Source: an uncultured Candidatus Rokubacteria bacterium
Lineage (GTDB): Bacteria > Methylomirabilota > Methylomirabilia > Rokubacteriales > CSP1-6
Direction of reading: 5' to 3'
DNA: 64,000 nt
NCBI GenBank assembly: GCA_963789955.1
Contig: CAWBMV010000001.1
Location: 288,001 to 352,000, forward strand
The notes beneath the pieces were generated by a model. That model did not search any database and was not told the origin of the DNA. It worked only from the letters and a program-made list of their open reading frames with translations. Position numbers and translations under genes: made by a program. Of the stretch, positions 21,614 to 32,761 are shown piece by piece (positions within the stretch are counted from its first letter, which is position 1; each line of letters begins with the position of its first letter).

Positions 21614-22471
21614 GCGCGCCGGCTCGGTTCTTCGCCGCGGCCGTGCTCGCGCTGTTGCTGCCCGGCGTCGCGCCGGCGCAAGAGCTCACGGGAACCTTGA
21701 AGAAGATCAAGGACAGCGGAACGATCACGATCGGCTACCGCGAGCAGTCGGTGCCGTTCTCGTTCCGCGGCCCCGACGGCAGGCCTGCCGGCTACTCGGT
21801 CGACCTGTGCCAGCGGATCGCGACGGGTGTCCAGCAGCAGCTCAAGCTGCCGAAGCTCGACGTGAAGTGGGTCGCGGTCACGCCCGAGACGCGCATTCAA
21901 TCGGTCGTGAACGGCACGGTCGATCTCGAGTGCGGCTCGACCACGAACTCGCTCTCGCGCCAGGAGCAGGTCGACTTCAGCCACATGATCTTCGTCGACG
22001 GCAGCAGCCTTCTCATCAAGGCCGACAAGGTGGCCGCGATGCAGGACCTCGGTGGCAAGAAGATCGCGGTCATCCCGGGGACGACAACCGAGCCGGCGGT
22101 GCGCGCGGCGCTCCAGAAGGCCTTCGTGACGGCGCAGCTCGTTCCGGTGAAGGACCATCGTGAAGGGCTCGCCGCGGTCGAAAGCGGCAGCGCCGACGCC
22201 TACGCCTCGGACCGTGTCATCCTGATCGGTCTCATCATTACGGCGAAGGAGGGGCAATTCGCCATCGGCGAGCAGTACCTCGTCCTACGAGCCGTACGGC
22301 TTCATGCTGCGGCGGGGCGACGCGCCGTTCCGGCTGGCGGTCAATCGAGTCCTCTCGAGCCTCTATCGGTCGCGCGAGATCATGCAGGTCTACGGTCGGT
22401 GGTTCGGCAAGCTCGGTGAGCCCAGCAATCTTCTGCTCGCGATGTACGCGCTGCACGCGCTGCCCGAATAG
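21610..22471 (+). CDS. Amino-acid ABC transporter substrate-binding protein (GltI-like), frameshift near 22280
   Basis: GTLKKIKDSG, REQSVPFS, GYSVDLC, DLECGSTTN; continues EPYGFMLRRGD...ALPE*. Confidence 0.88.
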
Positions 22472-22516
22472 GCCCGCGCACGCACCGCGCACCGCGGGCG
22501 CCACGCTCGCGCAACA

Positions 22517-22561
22517 CGGCCGACCGCCTCGCGGTCCGGCGGTCGGCCGCGCTGGTATGCT
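22517..22561 (+). promoter_or_regulatory. 12-bp hairpin followed by extended -10 (TGgTATGCT) ahead of the tamB-like gene
   Basis: cggccgaccgcc/ggcggtcggccg at 22517-22549; TGGTATGCT at 22553-22561. Confidence 0.4.
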
Positions 22562-22570
22562 AGGCGCGCC

Positions 22571-25500
22571 ATGAGCGAGAGCTTCCCGAGGCGTGCTCGG
22601 CTCTGGCGCTATCTCGGCTACGCCGCGGGCGCACTGGTGCTCCTGGCACTCGTCCTCGTCGTCGGGACGTGGCTCGCCGTCCGCGCTTGGGGCCCGGAGT
22701 TTGCGCGCGAGCGACTCGAGACCGCGCTGACCGCAGCACTCGGCCGGCCCACTCGTGTCGAACAGATCTCCGTCCAACCCTGGCTCGGTCGCGTCGTCAT
22801 CGGCAACGTCACCGCCGACGCGCTCCCGGGCGAGCCCGGGACCCATTTCTTCAAGCTGGGGCGGCTCGACGTCAACTTCGCCGTCAGTAGCTTGTGGCGG
22901 CGCCGCTTGATCCTGCGATCGATCGGGCTCGACGATCTCGACCTCACGATCCGGGCCGGCGGCGGCCCCGCGCTGCGTGAGCTGCCGATGCTGCCGGAGG
23001 TCGTGCGGGCCGGCCCGGTCGAAGTCGAGCTCGGCACCATCGAGCTTCGGCGCGGCCGCCTCGTCTACGACGATCCGGCGACGGCCACGCGAATCCAGGT
23101 GCAGGGCATCACCGCGAGCCTCGTGCCCGGTCGCGACGCGATGAGCGCGACCGTCGCCGCGCAGGAGCTGGCGCTCGACTTCGAGAAGATCCGTGAGCGG
23201 GTCGAGCAGCTGGACGCCGACGTGCGCATTCGGCCGACGCGGCTCGAGATCCGGCGGGTCGCGGCCACGTGGGAGAAAGCGCGCATCGTCGTCGCCGGCA
23301 AGGTCGACGGGCCGTTCGATCAAACTCGTATCGATCTGACCGTCCGTGGTGACGTCGAGCTCGCGGATGTCGGCCGCCGCGTCGGCGCCCCGGTGCCGCT
23401 GGCCGGTGTGGTGCGCGTCGACGGCAAGCTCGAAGGCCCCGCCGCGTCGCCGCGGGTGACCGCCGACGTCGCGTTCGACGAGCTCACGGCCGGGCCCGTG
23501 AAGGCGCGATCCGGGAAGGCGCACGCCGCGCTCGCCGACGGCGTGCTCTCGGTCACGAAACTCGACGTGCGAGCCTTCGACGGCGCTATCAACGGCTCGC
23601 TCACCGTCGAGCTCCAGCACGTGGACCGTGCGCACCTGGTGCTCGGTGCGCGCGGAATCTCCGTCGCGGCGCTCGGGCCGCTCGCGGGAACCCGGACCGG
23701 TGTCACCGGCCGGCTCGACGCCGCCGTCGAGGCCCGGGGCGACCTTCGCGATCCCGTGCGCGCGCAGAGCAAGGTGCGCCTCGAGGCGCGCGCGCTCAAG
23801 CTTCCCGATCGCCTCGCATCGCTGGGATACGGCACCGTCGATGCCGAGGCGCACGGCCAGCACGGCACGCTCACGCTCTCTCGGGGCGCCGCGAGCTGGC
23901 CGGGTCTGCAGATCGACGCGCAGGGGCCGGCGACCGTCGACGGGCCGAAGGGCCTGCGCGTGACCGCGAGCGGCGAGCTCGCCAAGCTCGGTCCGTTGAT
24001 GGGGCAGAAGTCGGCGTCGGGCCATGGCGTGCTCGTGGCCGATCTCACGGGGCGGTGGCGCGACCCCGTCGTCACCGGCAACCTCGAGCTCCGCTCGCCA
24101 GCGGTCGACGATCTGCGCGCGGACGAGATCGTGCTGCCCTTCGAGCTCACCACGCATACCCTGAAGCTCGCGGCGGCCAGCGCGCGCCTCGGGCGTGCGC
24201 GCCTCGTCGCATCGGGGAATCTCGCGTGGCCTCAACGCGCGTCTCCCGCGGTCCCGTCTCCGGAAACGGTTCGCGTCGATCTCCAGGCGCAGACGGAAGA
24301 TGCGCGCCTGGAGGATGCGTGGCCGTGGCTTCCGCCGGCGGGCCGCGGCAACGGGCCGGTGCGCGCGGCCGTCGCGGTGAAGGGGACGCTCACCGCCTGG
24401 CATGCGACTGGGCAAGTCGAGTCGAGCAACCTGACATGGCCCGATATCCCGGCGTCGCGCGAGCTGAGCGCGACCTTCGAGGCGACGCCTGATCGCATCG
24501 ACATCTCAGCGTTCAAGGCCGTGGTGCTCGACGCTCCGCTGACGGCACGCGGCCGCTGGCGGTGGGCGGGAGGCGGCGAGGTCGAGGCCAGCACCGGGCT
24601 GGTCGATCTCGCGCGGCTTCCCGGCATACCGGCCCGGTTGCGCGTCGAGGGCCGCGCGCGCGCGAACGTCACCGCGAGCGTGCGCGACGGCCGCGTGAAC
24701 GGCTCGGGCAAGCTGGTGGGTGAGCGTCTGGCGGTCGCCGGCTGGGCCCTCGGTCCAGCCACCGCGGATGTCTCGCTGGACGACAACGCGCTCAAAGGCG
24801 ACGCCGCCCTGCCCGAAGCGCGGATCAGAGCGACCGCGCAGGGCCGACTGGACGGTATGATCGCCACGCGCCTCACCGCGACGGACTTCGAGCTCGGGCC
24901 GATTCTCCGCCAGCTGCGCCCGGATATCTTCGGTGACGCCGCCGGCCGCCTCTCGGCCGTGGCCACGCTCGACGTGCCCGCGCGAGACCCGCGTGCCGCG
25001 CGCGGCGTCGTTCACCTCGAGCCGGTCCACCTCGAAATGGCTGGCGAGCGCTGGGACGCTCAAGGACCGATCGTCATTCGGCGCGAAGCCGGCCGGCTTA
25101 CCGTCGAGCGCCTCGAGATTGCCGGGCGACTCGGGACCGCCAGCGCCACCGGCTGGCTCGACGACGCCGGCACGCTCGACGGGACGCTCCGTGGCCAGGT
25201 GCCCCTTGGGCTATTGGCGGTGCTGCGTCACGAAGTACGCGAGGCCTCGGGAAAGCTCGATCTCGACGTGCGCTTGGGCGGGACCCTCGTGAAGCCGACC
25301 GTCCTGGGGCGCGGCACGATTACCGGCGGACTGGTCGCGCTTCGCGACCTGCCGTTCGTGGCCCGCGATGTGGAAGGACGGCTGGTGCTCTCGCCGGCGC
25401 GGCTGCGCATCGAAGAGCTGAAGGCCGGCATCGGCACCGGCACCGCCCGCGCGACCGGCGAGATCGCGCTCGATGGCGCGACGGTCGGCGCCTACCAGGT

Positions 25501-26392
25501 CGCGCTCACCGCCCAGAGGGTCGGGCTCACGCCGGCTCGATGGTCTGGAAACGGGCTGGAACGGCGAGCTCGCGCTGGTCGGCCGAGGGCCGAAAGGGCT
25601 CGCGCGCGGCGAAGTCATCTCTACGCGGCACGTACACGAAGGACCTCTCGATCCTGCCGCTTCGGCTCCAGGGCGGCGGCCGGGCGGAGCCGGCCGCCGG
25701 AGCCGGGAGTCGCGCTCCAGGTTCAGGTCCATTCGACGACAGACCGGTGATCGCTCGCCGCAGCGCAGGTCCGGGCAGCGGCACGCCGGCTGCGCGGGAC
25801 GATCGCTGAGCCGACGATCCTGGGTACGCTCGAGACGCAGGACGGCCGGGTCACGTTTGCCGGAACTGGTTGTCTCGAGAACGTGCTCGTGCGCTTCGAT
25901 GATCCCGGACGGACCAATCCCTAGATCGACCTGCGCGCGACCACCGGGATCCGCACGTATGACGTGACGATGCGGCTCAGGGCCGCGCCGAGGACCTGAC
26001 GATCCGGCTCGCGTCGGAGCCGCCGCTCGCGCAGGCGTCTCCTCGCGCTGGTCAGGTCGGCTCGACAAATCCGAGCTGGAAGCTGGGCGGCGGTGGCACT
26101 GTGTTCGCGACCGAAGCGGTGCAGCTCATTTCCAAGGAGCTCCTCGGCGGCGAGCTCAACGCGCCGACCGTCGACATCCTCGAGTTCGGGGAGAACGAGG
26201 CAGGCGAGAGCGAGTTTCGCGTCGGTAAGCGCTCCACGACCGCACCTGGCGACGTACTCGGGAGCTTCTCCGAGAACGGCAAGCAGAAGATACGCATCGA
26301 GTATCAGCTGTTCGGACCCGTGCTCATCGCGGGCGAGCAGGTGTTCAGCGGCGGCGTCGGGGGCGACGTGATCGCGCTTCGGATTTCGATGA
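22571..26392 (+). CDS. tamB: TamB/AsmA-like (DUF490) translocation and assembly module protein, several frameshifts after 25530
   Basis: N-terminal TM anchor, long beta-repeat body, C-terminal fragments ending in an ATGA overlap with the Omp85 gene. Confidence 0.75.
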
Positions 26393-29136
26393 TCCGCTGC
26401 CTCGCCGGGGCTCTGCGGCGGTTCTCGCCGCGCTCTCGCCGTGATGACCAGGGCGAGCCCCGAACCGCCGGCTCCGACGGCGACGGGGTCGAGGGGGTTC
26501 ACGGCATCAGTCGACCGGGTGGTCGGTCGATCAGTTCTCACCGGCTTGGTCGGCCAGCCGTTCTTGCGCGCGCGTACGTGAGAGCCTCGACCGCCTCTGG
26601 GTGCCGGGCATCTTCGACAAGGTCGAGGTCGAGTCGGTCGACGAGCCCGGCGGCGTCCGGCTGCGTTTCGTGTCTCGCGGCGACCGTTCTCGAGAGCCTG
26701 AAGTGGACCGGTGAGCTGGGCTCGACGCCGCCGACCTTGCTGCGACGCCGCGCTCGCGTCGGAGGCCGGCCGAGCCCGCGCGCCTCGACCGCGCGCAAAG
26801 GGAAGTCCTCCGCCGCCTGCGTCGCGAAGGCTATCTGGCGGCCAACGTGCGCGCTGACGCGCGCGAGACCCTGTAACGAATGGACGGCAGTCACGATGGT
26901 CGTGGACGCCGGCAGGAAGCGCGGATCGGTCGCCTCGAGATCGGCGGACTCGCGCGCGCCGAGGAGAAGCCGCTCCGCAAGGCGCTCGACCTCGACCCGG
27001 GCGACAAGTTCAAGGAACGCAAGTTCCGCGACGGCGTGCGCGCCATGGAGGCGACCCTGCACACGCAGGGGCTTCTTCGAGTCGCGCGTGTCGTCGCGCG
27101 AGCCCGCCTTCGACGGGGCGACGAACACGGTCGATCTCACGGTCGAGGTGATCGAGGGCCCACTCACCGTCGTGGAGTTCCTGGGCCGGGAGGCGCTGAA
27201 GGAGGCGGCGCTCGCGAGCGGCTGGTCTCGGCGACGACCGCATCGTCGACGATGTCGAGGTGCGGGCCAGCGCCGATCAGATCGAAAAGGCCTACCACGA
27301 GGCGGGCTACGACTTCGCCAAGGTGAGCGGGACGCTCGGCGGTGACGCGACCGGACGCATGGTGAAGTTTCAGATCGACGAGGGCCGCGCGTCGTCGTCG
27401 AGAGCATCACCTTCGAGGGGGCGGTCACCCTGACCGACAAGCAGCTGGCCGAGCAGATGCAGACGCGCCCGGCCGGGCTGATCCCGATCGGCATCTTTCG
27501 CGGCCTCTTCGTGAAGAACGGCTCGAGCAGGACGTGAGGCTCATCCGCTCGTACTACCGCACGGAGGGATTTCCGTCGGCGGAGGTCGGGCCTGCGCGCG
27601 TGGCGTTCAGCGATGATCGAACGCACGCGCAGATCGTCATTCCGGTCGTCGAGGTCGCGGCGCATGGTGTCCGCGGTCACCGTGACCGGCAACCGCGTCC
27701 TCGACACCGACACGGTCATGAAGACCATCGGATTCAAGGCCGGCGATCCCTGGGACGCGTCGCGCGCCGAGGACGCGCGGGGCAAGGTGGAGAAGCTCTA
27801 TCAACGGCGGGGATACCGCGGCACCGTGTGGGCCTGAGCTGGCGGACAAGGATGGCGCCGTGTCGGCCGCGTACACGGTCGAGGAGGGCGAGCTGACGCG
27901 GATCGGCCAGATCATGGTGTCCGGCCTGACGGCCACGAAGCCGTACGTGGTCGCGCGCGAGCTTCAATTCTCGCCGGGTGATCCGCTCACCGCCGTGACG
28001 CTTTCGGAGGCACGACGCCGCCTGGATACGACGCGCATCTTCGACCGGGTCGACGTCGAGCCGACCGGCGACCCTTCCGCGCCGATCCGGGACGTGCTGG
28101 TGACCCTGCGGGAAGCGAAGCCGTGGCGCGTCGAGTTCGGCGTGGGCTACGAGACGGAGGAGGGCTTCCGGCTTCGTCACGATCGCCTACGACACTTGCT
28201 CGGGACCGGCCGCGGCGCCTCGATCCGGCAGCGCGTGAGCGAGAAGGGGTATCGCACCGACCTCGACTATCTCGAGCCCTGGATCCTGGGCTCGGAGTGG
28301 CAAGGCGACGCCCTCGGGTTCATCGAGCAGAAGCAGGAGATCGGCTACCTGAGGAACAGTTTCGGCTCGTTGCTCACCGTGCGGCGTGATTCCTGAGACC
28401 TCTCTTCCGCCCCGAGGAACCCACCGATCATCCCAAGAGCCTGCAGGGCGGGTTCCGGTATCGGGTCGAGCACTTCAAGCGCTCGAACATCGATCCCGAC
28501 CTCATCGCGGATGGCAGCATCCGGGAGCGGGACGACCTGGTCACGAGCGTGAGCTCGTTCCTTACCCTCGAGCTGCGCGATCAGATCGCCGATCCCAAGC
28601 AGGGCAGCTATCATTTCACCGCGCTCGAGGTGGGCAGCACGGCGCTCGGCGGCAATGTCAACTTCGTGAAGTTCCGGCTCGAGGACACCTGGCTGTTTCC
28701 TCTGCCGGCGCGGACCCTCCTGGCGTTCTCGACTCGCCTCGGACTCGCCGGGCCCTACGGCGACACCGCGGACCTCGTGATCGAGGACCGATTCAAGGCC
28801 GGCGGCAGCACGACCGTTCGTGGCTACAAGGAGGACATGGTCGGACCCCTCGACGCGGGCGGCAACCCGCAGGGCGGCGATCTGCGGATCCTCATCAACA
28901 ACGAGTTCCGCTTTCCGATCTACCGCTGGCTCGGCGGGGTCGTCTTCTTCGATGTGGGCATGGTCACGCCGACCGTGCCCGACTTCGCGTTCTCGGCCTT
29001 CTACCCCGGTGTCGGGAGCGGATTGCGGATCACGACGCCGATCGGACCGATTCGTCTCGACGTGGGCTACGGGCTCCGCCAAGTTCGCAACGACGACCGA
29101 ATCCAGGTCTATCTGACGGTTGGGCAAGCCTTCTGA
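26389..29136 (+). CDS. Omp85 family (BamA/TamA) outer-membrane assembly protein with POTRA domains; heavily frameshifted
   Basis: POTRA fragments (RSYYRTEGF, VARELQF..GDPL); barrel end RFKAGGSTTVRGY, GSGLRITTPIGPIRLDVGY, LTVGQAF*. Confidence 0.85.
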
Positions 29137-29137
29137 T

Positions 29138-29800
29138 GTGCGGGCGCGGCCGGAGCCGCGCGATCCGCGCCGGCCGGGGCTCGCGGCGGTCGTGCTGCTG
29201 ATAACGCTCCTCCACGTTTCCTTTGCGCCGGCCGAGCCCATCGATACCTTGCTCGCCCAGGTCGACGCGCGAACGATCGCCGCGAGCGACATCGCATTGG
29301 CGCGCGCTCTTCGCGTGCTCGGCTTCGCGCCGTCGAGCTCGCCGATCACGCGCATCGATGTCGATCGCTTCGTCGATGTCCGGCTGATCCTCTCGGAAGC
29401 CGGAAAGATCGGAGTCGAGGCCGAGCCGGCTGCGCTCGACCGGGCGTGGGCCGAGGCCGCCGCGCGCGCCGGGGGCGAGGCCGCGCTGGCGCGCTGGCTC
29501 GAGGACAAGGCCATCGACCGCGACTGGGCGCGCCTGATGGTCGGGGAAGACATCGTGAAGTCGAAGTTCCTCGAGGCTCGATTCGCGGCGTTCATCGTCC
29601 CGGACGAGGAGATGGTGACGCGCGTGCTCGGCCCGGGCCAGCACGACGAAGAGGCGCGGGAGCGCGTGCGCCAGAAGCTGATCCGTGAGGCGGCGGTGGA
29701 GGCTCAAGCGAAGTGGCTCGATGACGCCCGGCGTCGGGCTTCTATCAAGATTCTGCTGCCCGACGGGGCGTCGGTCGTTCCGCCCTTTTCTGGGCCGTGA
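29138..29800 (+). CDS. SurA N-terminal-like periplasmic chaperone (putative)
   Basis: IDTLLAQVD..TI.ASD start and WLDDARRRASIKI end match SurA_N-like pattern; follows the Omp85 gene. Confidence 0.55.
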   Translation: MRARPEPRDPRRPGLAAVVLLITLLHVSFAPAEPIDTLLAQVDARTIAASDIALARALRVLGFAPSSSPITRIDVDRFVDVRLILSEAGKIGVEAEPAALDRAWAEAAARAGGEAALARWLEDKAIDRDWARLMVGEDIVKSKFLEARFAAFIVPDEEMVTRVLGPGQHDEEARERVRQKLIREAAVEAQAKWLDDARRRASIKILLPDGASVVPPFSGP

Positions 29801-29807
29801 GCGACCT

Positions 29808-29979
29808 ATCGGGGCGGCACCGGGGCAGGGGTAGTGAAGGGGGTCCTGGGACCACGCGGCGCGCGTGCGCTGCTCCTGGGGTGGCTGGGCTCCATCTGGG
29901 CGCGCCTCGTCCGCGGCTCGCCTGGATGGAACGGGTCCCAGGACCCCCCTCACTACCCCTGCCCCGGCGCCGCCCCGAT
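29808..29979. repeat. Long-stem hairpin element, family 1 copy A
   Basis: 44-bp arms (29808-29851 and 29936-29979, 2 mismatches) around an 84-bp core homologous to the reverse complement of 36201-36282. Confidence 0.85.
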
Positions 29980-30222
29980 GACGTCGGCTCGCTGCGAGGG
30001 AGGGTTGCGACGATTCCCTGCGCAGCGGATTGGTCGAAGCGCGAATTTTCGGTGCGAGCCTAGGACGTCGTGGCAGGCATCGCGACGTCGTGCGCGGGCG
30101 GTCGTGTTGGGCGTGCCTGCATGACCGCCGTGCAGCTCGCCCTGCCCGATGGCCGTACGCCGACGCCGGCGTGAGGCGACCGCGAATGACCGCCCACGAC
30201 GCTTCCTTGGAGCGGGGTGGGG

Positions 30223-31446
30223 TTAGTTGGTTGGGGGGTGGCGGGCGGTGATGGTGGGGTCTGGTTTGGGGGCGTAGTGGAGGATGGCGATGTCGAGGGC
30301 GCGGAGCATGGCGAGGATGTAGGTGTCTTCTCGCCAGCGGGCGAAGAGGTGATCGGCGCCGAGCGCGACGATGTTGACGCCGCCGGGCCACACCGCGTCC
30401 GCCAGGAGCACGACGCCGTCGTTGGGGCCGCGCGACGTCAGGACTTGATAGCCCGGGTACACCTGATAGCCGACGCTGCCGGAGACGGGTACCGCGACGA
30501 CGTTGAGGACCATGATCGTCTCGGCCAACCGCAAGGTCTCGAGGCGCTGCCGGCTCTGTGTGGTCTCGAGCGACTCCAGCGCGTCCCAGTTCCAGCCGCT
30601 GAGCCAGAAAATTCCTCGAGCCATCCACCTCACCGGCCGGCGCAACGCCGAGTCGGCGAGCGGCGTCCCGCGCAACGCGCCAGCGATGTTGATCCACGCT
30701 GCGACGCAGCCGGCTTCCTCTGACGTCAGGCCGGCCAGGCCCATGGCCGCTTCGGCGCCCGACTTGCTGGCGCTGACCAGGACGACGGGCCCGTCGTCAC
30801 ACCCCAGCTCGCGGATCGTCCGGCTGATCACGGCCGCGTTGTCTTCGACCGAATCGCTCTCGCCCGACTCGGCCATCCGATTGCGGATGCCGAGCTCGTC
30901 GAGGAGCTGGCGCTGGCGCGCGAAATCGGCGCCGTTCTCCGGATGGCTCTTGTAGAGCCACGACGGCGCGAAGAGCACCGTGTAGGGAAAGGCCCGCGGA
31001 CGTTGCAGCGCATCGGCCGAGCGTCCCGCTCCTTCCTGTCGGAAGCGATCGAACGCGGCTTGCACCGTCCGGCTGCGGGAATCGGTCGTGAGCGCGCGCG
31101 CGAAGATCAGCGCGGCGAAATCCATCGACGTCTGGTCGGCGAGCTTCTTCAAGACGGCTTGATCCGGGAGGCGCGCCGTGTCGGCGGCTCTGCCGAGCTG
31201 CGGCTCACCCGACGCCAGATCGGCCAGATAAGAGCTTTCGGCCGCGGCCGGAGGCCAGGCATCGGCCAGACGCCGGGCCAGCAGATCGACGAGCAGCCGT
31301 CGCGCGGCGTCGGAATCGACCAGCGCCGCCAGCTCCGAGTCCGGCGAGTCGCTGTTCACCAGGTCGATCGGGCGGACGCAACCAAACGTCAAGGTCGCCG
31401 CGAGAGCGAGCGTGGCGCCGCGTACCGACCACGACGGACGAATCAA
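30223..31446 (-). CDS. Lipoprotein with alpha/beta-hydrolase-like C-terminal domain
   Basis: TFGC lipobox; VVLVSASKSG, GALRGTPLAD, PNDGVV, ADH. Confidence 0.6.
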   Translation of the reverse strand: MIRPSWSVRGATLALAATLTFGCVRPIDLVNSDSPDSELAALVDSDAARRLLVDLLARRLADAWPPAAAESSYLADLASGEPQLGRAADTARLPDQAVLKKLADQTSMDFAALIFARALTTDSRSRTVQAAFDRFRQEGAGRSADALQRPRAFPYTVLFAPSWLYKSHPENGADFARQRQLLDELGIRNRMAESGESDSVEDNAAVISRTIRELGCDDGPVVLVSASKSGAEAAMGLAGLTSEEAGCVAAWINIAGALRGTPLADSALRRPVRWMARGIFWLSGWNWDALESLETTQSRQRLETLRLAETIMVLNVVAVPVSGSVGYQVYPGYQVLTSRGPNDGVVLLADAVWPGGVNIVALGADHLFARWREDTYILAMLRALDIAILHYAPKPDPTITARHPPTN

Positions 31447-31459
31447 GAGGCTTCCTCTA

Positions 31460-32722
31460 TTACCCGACGATCTGGTGGAGGTACCACTCCGTGTAGCGAA
31501 TCACGTTGTATTCGCGCTTCGTAGAGTAGGGCCCGGGCGTGAACGCCGACGAGTTGACCCCGGCCTGATTCTTCTCGCAGAGATCCCAGTCCTGCTCGCT
31601 GGTGAGCTCCCAGAACGGGAGCAGCGCGTCCAGGACGTAGTCCTTACCTTCGACGGCGTCCTCGTGAACGAGCCACTGCACCTGCACGAGCGTCGTTTGC
31701 GGCCCGGCCGGCGCGAGCCGTGTAGCCACGGCGTGATCGGCGCTCGAGTGGTTCCAGAAGTTGGGCATCGTCCGCATGCGCAAGGTGCCGACGTCGCGCG
31801 TCCGGTACGAGCCCATCAGCGGCGCGACGGGCCGTCCGTCCATCGACTCGCTCACCCAGCCCGGCACCAGCGGCGTGCGGTTGATCGACCACCAGTAGTC
31901 GGGCGACGGGAAGCGCACCATGCCTGCCTCCTGGTAGTCGATCCGAAGCCCGTCGGCCTTCAGGCGATCCGACGTCACCCGGGCCTGCGTCTCGATCTCG
32001 TGCTTGAGCGCCGGGTCGTCGATCGGCGCGTTGTCGTAGTTCGCCTTGATGTACTGCGGGTGGTTCGCGTTGCAGTGCCAGCACTCGCGGTTGTTTTCCC
32101 ACACGAGCTTCCAATTTGCGTGGACCTCGTAGCTCCGGCTCGCGGCGATCCGCGCGCGCTCGAGCCCTTGCGGGCGCAGGAGCGCGCCGAGCGCGTCCGC
32201 GGCGCCCTCGAACGGGGGCGGATCGTCGGCCAGGCACACGAAGATCAATCCGCCGACTTCACGGGCCTGCACGCGGTGCAGTCCGTAGTCGCGGCGCTCG
32301 AGGTCGCCATCCTGGTCCATCCCGCCGCACGCGATGAGCTCGCCGTTGCGCGCGTAGGACCACTGGTGATACGGGCAGACGATCCGCGCGACGTGCCCGG
32401 ACTGGGTCTGACAGACCTTCATTCCCCGATGACGGCAGGTGTTGTGGAGCGCTGCGATGTGTCCGTCGTCACCGCGCATGACGATGATCGAGTCGGTGTC
32501 GATGTCGAAGACGAAGTAGTCGCCCGGTGCCTTGACCTGACAGGTGTGGCCGGCGAAGAGCCACCCGCGACGCCAGATACGCTCGAGGTCGAGCTGGTAA
32601 ATGCCGGGGTCGGTCTGGAACTCGCGCTGCAGCGCGTGGCCCGGCGGGTGCTCCGCGATCAAACGCTCGAGCAGCGCGCGGGCGTCGGCGAGCTGTGAGG
32701 ACGTGAGGAACGGACTCGGCAT
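31460..32722 (-). CDS. Rieske non-heme iron oxygenase alpha subunit, glycine-betaine/stachydrine N-demethylase (GbcA-like) clade
   Basis: CRHRG...CPYHQW Rieske motif; NWKLVWENNRECWHC...H; WLVHEDAVEGKDY; QDWDLCEKNQAGVNS.A..PGPYS. Confidence 0.88.
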   Translation of the reverse strand: MPSPFLTSSQLADARALLERLIAEHPPGHALQREFQTDPGIYQLDLERIWRRGWLFAGHTCQVKAPGDYFVFDIDTDSIIVMRGDDGHIAALHNTCRHRGMKVCQTQSGHVARIVCPYHQWSYARNGELIACGGMDQDGDLERRDYGLHRVQAREVGGLIFVCLADDPPPFEGAADALGALLRPQGLERARIAASRSYEVHANWKLVWENNRECWHCNANHPQYIKANYDNAPIDDPALKHEIETQARVTSDRLKADGLRIDYQEAGMVRFPSPDYWWSINRTPLVPGWVSESMDGRPVAPLMGSYRTRDVGTLRMRTMPNFWNHSSADHAVATRLAPAGPQTTLVQVQWLVHEDAVEGKDYVLDALLPFWELTSEQDWDLCEKNQAGVNSSAFTPGPYSTKREYNVIRYTEWYLHQIVG

Positions 32723-32761
32723 CGCCTCACCATTATAGTGACAGGCGACGGCTTTGCGGCG

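Noticed and set aside
29852..29935. Core of the hairpin element as a tRNA, HDV-like ribozyme or riboswitch
   Set aside because: No T-loop or CCA and no recognisable catalytic or aptamer consensus by eye; needs an Rfam search
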